A DNA stretch of 64,000 nucleotides, taken from positions 22,630,001 through 22,694,000 of the forward strand of contig CM120646.1 of the NCBI GenBank assembly GCA_051362555.1, written 5' to 3'. A model generated the notes under the pieces. That model had not been told where the DNA came from. It saw only the letters and a list, made by a program, of their open reading frames with translations, and searched no databases. This DNA comes from Lingula anatina (taxonomy: Eukaryota; Animalia; Brachiopoda). This document shows, in pieces, positions 26,731 to 38,129 of the stretch. The translations under genes were made by a program, and so were the position numbers. The first letter of the stretch is position 1, and the number at the start of each line of letters is the position of its first letter.

Positions 26731-27003
26731 CTGGAACATGAATGCACAACATTGCTATCACATGACCTAATGCTGAATCATTTCAATAACATGTAAGTAT
26801 ATCTTCTGAATAGAGGCTATTCATGTGGATAGCCTCATTACCCAATGAAAATGTTCTCATATTCTCATGGAATGGCTTTCAAATTTATTGCCAACTGAAA
26901 CAACTCAATCAAATTTTTTCTTTCAACTATTATCATTATCTGTGAGATAAAACGGACACCGAGCTCATCCCTGAAGTACACTTCTATCCATAAAATCTCT
27001 CAC

Positions 27004-28361
27004 CTGAAACAAATCCTGAACCAAACAGTCCAGCTCGTTAGTCTTTCTTCTGTGAGATTTCGGCGACTTGGCCGGGGACGCCATGTACGTGTCTGGCTGG
27101 TGGGCGTCCATCTTGTCTTCTGGATCCGTGTCATCTTTATTCCCGACTCGGTCGCCATTCACAACTTTGACAATTTCAAGATCCACGTCCTTGCGCCTGC
27201 CGCTCTCAGATGGTAATTCCGAAGTTTGGTTTGATTTATCACCATGTTTGGATGAGAGAGACAAATTGCCAGACTGATATTTGGAACTGATACTGACGCC
27301 CATTTTTTCAAAAGACTGTTTAATAGTCATATTGGATTTCATTTTTTGAGCATCTTTAGTCTCTACACCTTTTTGGTCAACTTCAGAAATGTTGGACAAA
27401 TGATTACTGTCATTCCCTGACTTCCCATTAAGAGCACCAAAGAGATCTATTTTAATCTTGTTAACACTGTCTTGTTTTGTCCCAGTACCACTTTCACACA
27501 CAGTGCTCAGGTTTTTGTTTTCTTTCTTTGGGGAGCAGTAATTATCTATAGCATGTCTGTTAAGTTTAACCTGAGGGCTGCCTGGACTGAGTTTGGCATC
27601 TTGTACATGAGATTTTGCATACTGAGAGATCATCTCACTATCCCTGTCTGAGCAATTCCAACTCGACGATGTCTCTCCTGCCTTCTGTTGAGTATTTTTC
27701 TTCGGAGATTCCAAAAACGGACTCCGCTCAATCTTAACATAGGCCCCTGAGAGAAGCTTATTGTCTTTAGCCTTTTGTTTGGGGTAATTTTTAATCCCGG
27801 CTTGACAGGTGTTTTTAGAGCTCAGTGGGTCTGGTGTAGCAGTAAGTCTAACAAAGGCCGCGCTGTTCAATTTCCTGTCCTCCACAATGTCAATGTTTTC
27901 TTGGAAATGGTGAGACCTGCCATTTTGTTTGGTTGGAGTCAGGGGGCTGTTGTTAGGCTCTCCGCCTCCTGCAAGCGGACTGGGTTCCCTCTTAATGACT
28001 GCTCCCCGCATCCCCAACCTCTTTTTGGCAAACATGGCAGTAATGCTTGGCTGTTTAGAATCCGAGTTTGGCTTCAAAGGTTTTGGCATGGGTTCCTCAA
28101 AACCAAGTCCATTTTCTCCACTGAAACTTTTCGACAGAACTTCCTGAGATACAGATTTAGAGTGCTTCTTTTTCTTAGACTGTCCTTTCAAAGGCACATT
28201 CTTCTCAACGTCATGGTCAAGACAAGAATCACTTTTGCCCTTCCTGGGTCGTCCTCTTTTCCTCCCCACTATTGCCCCAGTCCCATCTTTTTTCAGGACA
28301 GGTCTCTGACTGCCTGGACCCATGCTGCCATCATTTCCATTGACGTTTGCATCACCATTTC
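27004..28361 (-). CDS. USP1: USP1 large 1358-nt exon (insert; ends ...LVQDLFQ)
   Basis: Lies within the 490-aa ORF; ctgcag/gtgaga boundaries; splices in frame into GSMALRTRC. Confidence 0.9.
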
Positions 28362-29148
28362 CTGCAGAAAAGACAATAACTATGAATTTCAGAACCATTC
28401 CACAGATCTGCTCAACAAAGAAACATTTGAAAACCATTCATCTTATTCACTATTGTTCAATATTGAACAAGCCAAGGGCAGCTTCTGGTCATAAAATAAC
28501 CTGAAAGTATTGTTACTTTCCATGGTATTTGACAGGATCAAGTCCAAAACTTGATTTTTGTCCTCAAATACATACCTGGTTACAAGAGTATGTAAAAAAA
28601 TTCACCACTCATATACATATATATATCTAATTATGTGAAGTGAAGAAGTATTAACTTAATGTGCTGTTTTTGTTTTTTCTTTAAAAAATTGGAGACATTT
28701 ATCCAGAATCTGTTACACCACCTTTTTTTAAGAGAATAATCCACCACAGTAATTGAGTGATTTACAGTAATTACTCATTACATTAAGAAAGCATAAACCA
28801 ATAATTTTAGTAATCTTTTAAAATGTTGATTCAAAAGTTTGGAAAAAGTTGAAATTGTGAGTAAGCTATCAGAACAATGCAAGGTGTTAGAAAATCTTAA
28901 ATCATCAACTTCTTATGAGCAACAACAGACACCGCTTTGTGCGTTAAGCAAAAGGAAGAAAGAAATGTATTGGTGGGGAGTGGGGCTCATGAGAGGGGTC
29001 TGGGGGTTGCTGACGTCAAAATAATAATAATAATAATAAAGTAATAATAATAAAATAAAAAAATTAAAATTAACAAAAAAGCGATGTCAAACTTCCAATT
29101 AAAATCAGAAAAATATCACGCCTGAACAGTTCAACAGAGGTCCCCCAC

Positions 29149-29481
29149 CTTTCTCCTGCTTCGTATCATGTCCATTCCAGACCTGACTGGGACGAACCCC
29201 AGTGATCTCTTCCACTGCATCCTCCAGACACAGTCTCTTCCTACTCCTGGGTGAGGGTGACATCTTGGTGTCCACACCTGTCACCTTAGTGCCATCCTCC
29301 TCCTCTGTCTGTTTCACTGGGGTCACTTCATTGTTGACAGAGGTGAACTTGGAGGTGAGGTTTTTACCACCACTGACGTGTTCTATGATGTCCTCTGCAG
29401 TGTAGATCTTTATACTGGGAGATGAGTGTTTGGGCGTGTGGGGGACTTTTAACTCTTCTACTTTCCTAACTGGGCTAGATT
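29149..29481 (-). CDS. USP1: USP1 exon, low-complexity insert
   Basis: Open 333 nt, ttcag acceptor, AAG|gtgggg donor, phase 1-1. The donor position is less certain. Confidence 0.75.
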
Positions 29482-29782
29482 CTGAATTGATAAAAACACC
29501 AGATTAATTTTCTATTATCTAAGTTTTTGTCAGCATTATGTAATTAATCTTACAAAACACCTGTAAAAACAGATTTAACCAAGCTGCAATATTGTAAATA
29601 CAAGATGACACTCCTAACTGAAAGAAGACTTGGTATCACAGCATCCAAGTCAATCAGGTTGATTTCTACAAAGACCAACAAACAAGGCAGCAAAGCTGTC
29701 AAACAGACATGCATATAAATTACAAAACTAAGAGTAAAAATCTATGCTAGGTAAACTGTGTGATACATCGACAATCCATTAC

Positions 29783-30066
29783 CTTGAGTACCATTAGCAG
29801 GTTTCTGATCTGACCTTGAACCAGCAAGGTCATGACCTTTTGACCCTAATTCATCTACTGATATTAGATTCTTCTTCACAGAATTTTTCTGGAAAAACTT
29901 CATTAAAGTTGGCTGCTTGGAATCAGGCACTGGCTCAATACTTGGCACGGCCTTGACCTTGTACTTGTTGACCTCTGCAGTGGCGTCCTCTATATAGGCC
30001 AGCATGCACCTGAGAACTTCATGTGCATCATGTTGGAGGTTGCCCTCAAACATGGGATTCAGGTCT
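29783..30066 (-). CDS. USP1: USP1 exon (DLNPMFEGNLQHDAHEVLRCML...; contains PIP box)
   Basis: QHDA box; gtcag/gtaatg boundaries. Confidence 0.92.
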
Positions 30067-30364
30067 CTGACCAAGAATAAAACAACACAATAATAATCAA
30101 TAAAATAAGAATATGTATATAGATATATATATTAGACATAATATTAGATATAAATATTTTAGACTTCATTTTTGTTACGTCTTCTCATTAAAATGTATCT
30201 AAGCAAATCAAAATTATTACAGAAAATTATCTTTAGATCTGAAGTACCTTTGTGTCAATTTTTCATGGTGACAAATTTGAAAGAAAAAAGAAAGAAATTG
30301 CATACACACCTGCCACCCACAACATGCAAACACACGCACACACATTTTATCTAATAATTTTATC

Positions 30365-30696
30365 AAATTGCCTTTTAGTATCAGAGCTGAAAGTGACTAT
30401 AATACTTTTAAAGCCTGTCTTAAAACTCATCTTTTTAAAGAATTTTATGGTTAGTGTTCCTTTAAACCTTTTAGTTGTTTATCATTTATTAAGAGTGAGC
30501 TTGGGTTAATTTTAGTAGTATTTTAAAGTTATATCAATAAATTTTCTCTGCTTTCTATAATTAATTAATTTTATCAGTAGATGTTAAAGTATTTTAGTAT
30601 TGTTATTTTTAGACTTTTTAATTATTTGTAAAGTGCATTGAAATGTAAAAAATGGAATGCGCTATATAAGAAATAAATATTATTATTATTATTATT
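30365..30696 (+). mobile_element. 5'-truncated L2/CR1-group LINE 3' end in a USP1 intron
   Basis: Translates KLPFSIRAESDYNTFKACLKTHLFKEFYG* (30365-30454), the typical ORF2 C-terminus LPxxIR...FKxxLKTHLF. It is followed by the tail tgtaaagtgc...gcgctatataagaaataaa(tat)n. Confidence 0.8.
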
Positions 30697-30727
30697 AAAC
30701 ACATAAACAATATCCTAGCTGTCTTAC

Positions 30728-30822
30728 CTGACAATATCCAGCAATCTCTCAGGTCTTGTAAACAGGAGCTCAGTACCTGGGTTCACACATTTCTCTTCTA
30801 GACGGTCCATTCTGTTAAACAG
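30728..30822 (-). CDS. USP1: USP1 exon (LFNRMDRLEEK...RPERLLDIV)
   Basis: ttccag/gtaaga boundaries, phase 0-2. Confidence 0.88.
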
Positions 30823-31130
30823 CTGGAAGGGCACAGTGATATATCATATATCATATATGTATACTTCACAATTTTTGAATGGCACATTCTACGTAATGAT
30901 CTACAATTTAATCCTATGTATACATGTATGTATATTCTATTTATGATGCAAAATGTTGTGTGATGAAAGTATGTCATACCACTTTATTTACTAACAGGTA
31001 TTTCCAAATTATTCTAACATCTGAGAATATAAAAGGAACATTTGTATAATATATAATAAGCAAATGAAATGTAATTGGGTAATTTACACAAGATAAACAC
31101 AATCATGCACTAATGATATGTGAAATATAC

Positions 31131-31187
31131 CTTGTGTAGAGTTCTCACCAGCTTCCATGGCAAGAGATCACCAGATGAACTGTCTCC
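31131..31187 (-). CDS. USP1: USP1 exon (GDSSSGDLLPWKLVRTLHK)
   Basis: tttcag/gtatat boundaries, 57 nt, phase 0-0. Confidence 0.8.
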
Positions 31188-31430
31188 CTGAAACATGAAA
31201 AAGGAAGTGACCTGAAGAGAATAAGAGAACCCCCTTCCCCCAACTATACAATGCCTGTATCTCTGTCTACAAAAAAACTTGTATTTCCTGTCTCAGCAGA
31301 TACTACTGATAACAGATAAACACACACACACATTTCAAATGCAGAAATGCCTAAATTCCCAATTGACAAAAATTAACAAATTATACTATACATAATCAGG
31401 CATACATATAAAGTGCACCCCCCCCCCCCC

Positions 31431-31477
<47 letters not shown>

Positions 31478-31528
31478 AAATGAAAATCCCATACTGGATT
31501 CAAGTAGCACCAGTACATAGGACCATAC

Positions 31529-31662
31529 CTCTCCAGTTTTAGCCTCGGCTGCCAGTTTTCTCTCTATAACACTCAGTTCCTTGTACAGAATAGACAACTG
31601 CTGGGAGAATCCTGGTGTGTACCTCAACACTTGAAGCACACTGTTCAGGAAACAAGTATTAC
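31529..31662 (-). CDS. USP1: USP1 exon with catalytic Cys (GNTCFLNSVLQVLRYTPGF...)
   Basis: USP Cys box; cttag/gtatgg boundaries. Confidence 0.94.
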
Positions 31663-31966
31663 CTAAGAAGGACACCAAACTTCAAGAATCAGACTTAGAG
31701 TTTAAGATTTATGTTTGTATTAATTAGTGAACTGATGGTGAAGGAAAATATGCCCATGTATCTACCTTTATTATCATTATTTTTATTATTATTTTATTTT
31801 TTAGTGTTATCATTATTATTATTATTTAAACACAAAGGATTCCAACATTACTCAAAATGAGAGACCCCACTGCTTATGTTGTAATACAACAAACAAAGTA
31901 AAATTAGGTGAAAACAAATTGCTTAAACATTGACAACCTCTTCAAAATATATTGGCATATGCCATT

Positions 31967-32133
31967 CAGGGGTGAATCGAGGCCACCTTCTGGGTCTTCC
32001 AGAAGGCAGTCAGATTTTCAAGTTTACATTGACGGGCATCTAAATTTTTCTATCAGAAGACGGTAAAAAATGGAGGATGGATCAAGAAAGATAATTTGGA
32101 AAACTGTCAAAAATTGCTCTTGATCTGCCCTTG
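31967..32133. mobile_element. About 168-bp MITE family B, copy 1
   Basis: Aligns end to end with 53889-54057; degenerate CAGGGG..GATC / GATC..CCCCTG ends. Confidence 0.75.
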
Positions 32134-32240
32134 ATATTGATATCAAAGTGCTTCAACACATGCAGGCCTATGCACACACACACATGACTAATACATAAAA
32201 TTAATACTTCCATTAATAACATAATATGTGCTGTGATTAC

Positions 32241-32353
32241 CCAGATTTTCCAAGCCAGCTACTTTAGGCACCTCCTTCACCTCAAGCTCTCTCCGCTCTG
32301 TAGCCTCTGTCTCAAGAGGTGGCAGCTCACTCTCCTCTTCTTCTTGGACTTTA
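32241..32353 (-). CDS. USP1: USP1 exon (...VPKVAGLENL)
   Basis: Phase 2-1; start of the Cys box. Confidence 0.88.
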
Positions 32354-32677
32354 CTACAAGATACAATATAATAAGAAATCAAAACAAAATTTTTATAAGT
32401 GCTGGAATAATGTAAACGAGTGTGAATGTGCATGTTGTACGTTTATGATTTCTGCGTGAAAACAGGTGTCGTATGTCATTTGATGTGACATTATACGAGT
32501 CGGAGATTATGTTTCAGTTCAGTGCAAAAACATAAAGACAATATATAATATAGCAAATTTACATGAAAAAGGAGAGTTTGATGATGATTACAAGGACTAT
32601 AACTGATAACATAAAAAAAATTATTAATATAGAAATGCTGAAGGATTATTCCTTTACAAACTAACAATTCCACCTAC

Positions 32678-32817
32678 CTTGGAGCACCATCTCCTGTCTG
32701 GGGAGACTCACATTTTTGCTGGTCAACTTCTTCTGTCTTCTGCTCTGATTTGTTCTTTAACTTTAAGGACAGACGAGGGCGCTTTCTAACAGGCCCTTGG
32801 CCCTCACCAACTGTCAT
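32678..32817 (-). CDS. USP1: USP1 first coding exon (MTVGEGQGPVRKRPRLSLKLKNK...)
   Basis: Acceptor gives exon start at 32830, ATG at 32817, donor gtaggt, phase 2. Confidence 0.82.
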
Positions 32818-33755
32818 CTCACCTACTGACCTAAGATACATGATGATGATTTTAGGGCTCAAATGTGAAAATAGTTTCATTGGATTTCAGTTTTGATAGT
32901 CAGAAAGTTTTCATTTATGATAGATCCAGATATTTGATTTACCTGTTGACTGTTTTGTCTGTTCACTCTGACAGACTTGGTCACAAGTGGATTACCTGTT
33001 CAGGTGAATGTGAACAGGTAATTACCTCAGTCTTGATGATGACTTGTTAGTCCTCTCGCCCCCTCCCCCCCATGGGGTTTGAGAACAGAGATGAAGGAGC
33101 ACGCAAGCTGTCCCATATGTATGACGACATTCTCAAACCTACCCTGGGGGGTAAATCAAATATCTGGATCTATCATAAATGAGAACTTTCTGACTATTTC
33201 AGGGCTCGACATTAAAGGTGGCCCATTGGCCCAGGCAACTGAAAACCAATCTCATGCAGCGTGCCTGTGAATCATGTTGGGCAAGTGGATAGCTGATTTG
33301 GGCAAGGGAGTTGCAGGAGAAAAAAGCACTGTATTTACCAGGTCACTACATCCAAGCCATATAAGTGACATGATCACATACAACTCTTAATATTAGTTGT
33401 GTACTAACTAACTTACTATAACTCTTAAAAATGGGCTAATCTATAATTAGTTGTACCAGTACTCATTAGTCAATGAGGTGCATTAAAAACGTTGAATTAA
33501 CTGACATGATGAAAAATTAGCTCGACTAAAGACATACTTGTTAGATAAAATAATTGCTGTATGTTTCGTTAGAAGAGAACGGTGAACAGATAAAAAAAGT
33601 AAATGTGAATTTTATCGAAAATTAAAAAAAAAAAGGCCTGCAAATTTATCTGGCTCAACTGCGATTATCAACAAACCCATCAGATCATATCTGAGTATGC
33701 CTATGATAGTCGCTCAACGGTTTTTAAATAATACCCGTCGACAACATACTGTTAC

Positions 33756-34092
33756 CTTTTAAGTCTTTGAAAGAACGAAATCATTGGACACTGTCAATTC
33801 ATGACTTCAGAAAAAGTTGCCGCCATCTCCCTTTCATGTGACGTAGAGCTCAAGAAGCAGTACTATTTAATTTCGATCTTATCTGATTGAAAAAATTCAT
33901 ATTATTTTTAATAAAAAACTAATTGAATTCTACAAAATATCTTATTTTATTTTTATTGATATTTTTATATGCAATTTATATCATTACATATATGATGTAC
34001 ATTTTTAGTATTAATCGAAAATATAGATGAGTGGTTCCTGAAGGTCAATTGAAGGCCGTCCATGGCGTGAAACTTGAAAAAAAGTTGTCATT
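33756..34092. promoter_or_regulatory. Probable bidirectional promoter and non-coding first exons of USP1 (-) and ORC4 (+)
   Basis: Outward-facing donors (minus AAAG|gtaaca with intron starting at 33755; plus |gtaagt at 34093) flank an AT-rich core. There is a YY1-like GATGGCGGC on the minus strand near 33820-33828 and GGCGTGAAA-CTTGAA at 34064-34078. Confidence 0.6.
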
Positions 34093-34208
34093 GTAAGTTT
34101 CCGATTAAATGAAGTGAAATTGAGCGGCTTTACATTAACAAGTCAAGAAAATGTGAATTTTTGTGTTCACTCAATGTGCTTCTTATTTCAGTCAATAATT
34201 GAAACAAG

Positions 34209-34342
34209 ATGAGTAAAAGGAAACCTAAGGCTGCCTCCAAACAATCTGCTAACAGCACAGAAGAAGTACAGCAGTTGCTGAGAAGACGTGTATATGGTCA
34301 TGACCTACCTATTGAGATCATTGGGCTAGAGCAGGAGAGGGG
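34209..34342 (+). CDS. ORC4: ORC4 coding exon 1 (MSKRKPK...EVQQLLRRR...)
   Basis: Acceptor tttcag ending 34191, ATG at 34209, phase 2 donor. Confidence 0.85.
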
Positions 34343-34798
34343 GTAAAACTTCAGGGAGTGGTGGTGGGGATTGGATATGGGGAATGGGGGGGGGGACCCA
34401 ACAATTCTGACTCTAGCACTCTTATTCAATTTTGACAATTCAACTGTGTAATGTGTGATACATTTGGAGAGAAATATGTGAGAAAAATGAAGTCTTTCTT
34501 CATTTTGGCCAAAATATCTGATGTCAGCATATGCTGCATATTACTTAAAAGACTTGATATTTTATGTTCAACCTAGTGAGTCAATGTACTTGTATTTGCT
34601 CTGCCCCTTCATGATTTTACATAAACATTACAATTTTGATTTTACTGAGCATGTAAGACTATTTGTCTGGATTTGGTAATCACCTCAACAGGTTTTTGAT
34701 TTGTTTCACTTCGTCAAAAATTTTGATTTAAGATTAATTTTTGAAACATATTGTTTTAGACAATTTCATGAAAAATATTACTATTTTATCTTGTCCAG

Positions 34799-34889
34799 TG
34801 TGCTGTTAGACTTGGTCAAGAGGACGGCCTCTCTGGGAGAGAGCAACTCAGTTCTGATTATAGGACCCCGCGGAGCAGGGAAATCCATG
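34799..34889 (+). CDS. ORC4: ORC4 exon with Walker A
   Basis: [30 protein letters not shown]. Confidence 0.94.
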
Positions 34890-35339
34890 GTTGGTATTTG
34901 TGAAGATAAGTTTAAATTTAAAGATATTTATAAATTTGTAATTTGTTAGAAGTATACCAAATATTTGCCAATTTCTGCAGTCCACTTAATTTCTTTTATG
35001 CATTAATCTGTTACAAACCAATATAAATAAAGGCACCAGATAATCAGTATTAGGAAATTAATGATAATTTTATAAAGCCTGAAGCACAAAGAAAATGCAT
35101 GTGTTTGGGTTTTTGTGGTTTGAGTTACATTGAAATCAAGCATGATTATTCACAATTGATGGAACAAGCACAAGGTTAGTTTGAGACAAAAAAAAAAAGT
35201 TTTACAATTCAAATAAAAAGCCCATTGCATAATAAAGCTAAAGTAAACAAAAGAATGGTCTAAATTGCTAATTTATAAACAGAGAGAAAAATGTCTGAGT
35301 TAATGTGTTCACATAGAAGTGTTCTGTTTGTATTTGAAG

Positions 35340-35415
35340 GTTCTCAGCAGTGTGTTAGAGGAGATCAATCAGCAGAAAGATGTGAAGGAAAACTGTATGC
35401 AGGTGACTTTAAATG
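35340..35415 (+). CDS. ORC4: ORC4 exon (VLSSVLEEINQQKDVKENCMQVTLN)
   Basis: ttgaag/gtaagt boundaries, phase 0-1. Confidence 0.88.
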
Positions 35416-35474
35416 GTAAGTGCTCAAAGAACAGGTAGCTCATCCTGTAGAGTGCTGTCCTCTAGTGGAGGGGG

Positions 35475-35850
35475 TGTTATTCTCAGTGGTAGTTGGTAGT
35501 GATTGATCTTTTGTCACAAACTATTTTTATATCATAAAGAAACAATCTGACATTTTCTTCAGTCAACACTGATGTCGCCAGATATTGTTCTTGTTGCCAA
35601 CCCAATTCCACAGATTCATTCCCAATGTATCAGCATATAAAGGGTGAAGCAGTGTAATGTCTTGGTCATTTTAGTGTTGGCAATTATAAATGCTTTTACA
35701 CTGTGCCACAACTTGGGCTGTATACTCCCCAAGGAGGGAAGATCTGTTCAGGATTGAGCAGATCCATAAATGCCAGGTATAAATTGTTCAGTATTGCAGG
35801 CTTCTTTTGCTTACATGGGAACATCAGGCTTTAATTAACCCAATATTACT
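35475..35850 (+). mobile_element. Possible decayed tRNA-derived SINE
   Basis: A-box-like ctcagtggtag head, a central ggctgtatactccccaaggag resembling a recalled conserved metazoan SINE core, and a degenerate AT-rich tail. Confidence 0.3.
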
Positions 35851-36031
35851 TTGCCCTGTTTCTGGTGAAAAATGGTACCACAATATCATATAATATAATG
35901 TAATGTGTGTTAAAGAAATCACATACTAGTGGTTTCCTTGCTGTCAATTACAATTGTAATCTTTGAAAAAAAATTTTTGTGAAATCATTTTCCATCAGAT
36001 TCTTTGACTGACAGACTGATCATTCTTTCAG

Positions 36032-36576
36032 GTTACCTTCAAATAGACGACAGAATAGCACTGAAAGAAATCACCAGGCAGCTGCATCTGGAAAACACAG
36101 TGGGAGACAAAGTTTTCGGCTCGTTTGCTGAAAACTTACAGTTCTTGTTGCAGGCCCTGAAGAGCGGAGGTCAGCAGAGCAAACCCATCATCTTCATTCT
36201 GGACGAATTTGACTTGTTTGCACATCATCGCAATCAAACTCTGTTATACAATCTGTTTGACATAGCACAGTCCGCCCAGGCTCCAATCTGCGTCATCGGC
36301 TTAACGTGTCGCCTAGATGTGATTGAACTTTTGGAGAAGCGTGTTAAGTCCAGATTTTCTCATCGCCAGATATATATCTTTAATAAGCTGACATTTGAGG
36401 AGTATTTAAGGGTCTTTAAACTATCTTTATGTTTGCCAGTGGATTTTGGAGATTTGAATTTTGTGCAAACTTGGAACAAGAATGTTGAATCACTTGTCAA
36501 GGAAGCCTCTTTGCTGGACGTGTTAAAAAGACAGTTTGAAACCAACAAAGACATCAGGACCCTGAAATCCCTTATG
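36032..36576 (+). CDS. ORC4: ORC4 exon with Walker B, sensor and arginine finger
   Basis: Within the 212-aa ORF; tttcag/gttagt boundaries. Confidence 0.96.
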
Positions 36577-36947
36577 GTTAGTTCTTTAGCTGTTTTAAAA
36601 CAATTTGTGTATTTATTTATTATTTTCATCATCCAAAAATAGGAGTTAAAAAGGCACTAGCCCACCATCAGGTTCAATGTACTTGTACATGTATTCATTG
36701 AAAAAAAAATTGTTTTCCTAAAAACTTTGGGAAAGTGATGCTCAGTTGCACTCCCCTTTCACACCCATGTCAAGTGTGTAATATGTATTCTCAGACTGCA
36801 ACATATTGTCATCACTTTTCTTGGGGACTACAGAGGGGAATACAGTGGGGAAAGGGGGGGGGGGGAGAACATCATCTTCTAAATACAGCATCAACTTTGT
36901 TGTCATGGACTTGACCAGCTCTCTAAAAATTTGGTTATTGGTTCCAG

Positions 36948-37056
36948 ACTGTCCCAGTTTGCCGTCTGAGCAGCTCTCACCCGAACCTGGAGGCCAGTGA
37001 TTTCATCGACTCCTGTCGTTTACTCACACAAGATTCCAAGTCTAATATTCTTCATG
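36948..37056 (+). CDS. ORC4: ORC4 exon (TVPVCRLSSSHPNLEASDF...DSKSNILH)
   Basis: ttccag/gtaagc boundaries; conserved SHP and DSKxNIxHG. Confidence 0.92.
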
Positions 37057-37418
37057 GTAAGCTATAATTATTATTATTTTGATTTTTGCAAACAGTATAT
37101 TGGATATGAAATATCACTTTTGTTCCTTGTTATTTGTTGAGCATGTGCTAAACAGGTAAGCAAATCGAAGTTTCTCCTATTGTCAATTCGCTATGTCAGT
37201 AGCATCTCTTCATTTATTGCAATTTTGATTTCTGAAGGCTTTAACAAATGTTAACACAATTTTCTTCCACAAGTTAAAAATTGTGTGCAGTGAAATTAAT
37301 TCACTTTGAAGAAGTTAACTTAGCATTGCTGTCATAAAGAATAATTATGTATTTGAAATACATGGAGCCATAAGACTACACATACAGCAGTAGCAATTTG
37401 AATAGTTTTAAAACCATA

Positions 37419-37424
37419 TTTATT
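37419..37424 (-). terminator. Polyadenylation signal of nested gene
   Basis: AATAAA about 75 nt after the stop codon. Confidence 0.55.
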
Positions 37425-37498
37425 GCTACATAATGAAACAGTACATTGATATGTCTTTAGCTATGTTGATGGTAGGTCATCATCCTAGTTTAAAGAAT

Positions 37499-37655
37499 TC
37501 ACTTTGATCGGCAGCAGCAGTAGTTCGGCCCACAGTATCGACCTCCACATGAGTCGTAACGATGGGTCTTCAGCCCCAGGGTGTCGGTGTCCATGCTGGG
37601 GTTTGGAGACAGGCGCTGGGCACTGTACACGTGAAGGGCATTAAAACACTCCAGT
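37499..37655 (-). CDS. Nested gene exon 4 (LECFNALHVY...YDSCGGRYCGPNYCCCRSK*)
   Basis: ttgcag acceptor, TGA stop. Confidence 0.87.
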
Positions 37656-37942
37656 CTGCAACAGATATTTATTTCTTTAATTGTGGATATGATTCTAGAA
37701 TAATATTTGTGTATAACCTGTGTAACTTTCACGTAAAAAACCTTTGGGACATATGGTTATCATTTACAATATTGTTCAAGCAAATTATCTTTTACATTTA
37801 GAATTTTTTTTTAAATGGAATGTGTCTCAGTAATTTAAAGGAAGAAATATTCTCCTTCAAAATATATATGCATATTATATATATCAGACTCGTATATATT
37901 TGATGAAGTTAAACTGAAATTAAATCCTGAGACTGTTCCTAC

Positions 37943-38129
37943 CCATTAGCCTTCACTTGGTTATCCTGATTAGAAAGTGCTCTGTTGGCACACACAGCTG
38001 AGCAGGGAGGAGCCTTATCACTGCAGACCCTGCGGACAGCGTACACCCAGCCACCCCTGGCATTGAGGGCTGCGCATGACGCTTGAGCAAGGATGTCTCG
38101 GTAGTAGTAGAAATAGGGAATGTCAGCAG
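37943..38129 (-). CDS. Nested gene exon 3 (ADIPYFYYYRDILAQASCAAL...WVYAVRRVC...)
   Basis: ttttccaag/gtagga boundaries, phase 1-2, GC-rich. Confidence 0.87.

Larger units (their letters stand above)
24847..32817 (-). other. USP1: Gene model: ubiquitin carboxyl-terminal hydrolase 1 (USP1), about 1115 aa, 12 coding exons
   Basis: Cys box GLENLGNTCFLNSVLQ, RDLNPMFEGNLQHDAHEVL, FQGSMALRTRCLECEGFTQRKEDFQDI, KYFCDQCHRYVEAERS and His box YAVVMHSGISISSGHYTAYVK match recalled USP1-type sequences. N-terminal RPRLSLK also resembles USP1. Confidence 0.93.

Noticed and set aside
27775-28494. 239-aa plus-strand ORF
   Set aside because: It is an antisense shadow of the large USP1 exon.
29114-29122. Alternative USP1 donors GGC|gtgata and CAG|gcgtga
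   Set aside because: The GT site is in the wrong phase for the next exon. The GC site is in phase but is a poor match, so the canonical AAG|gtgggg (intron starting at 29148) was preferred.
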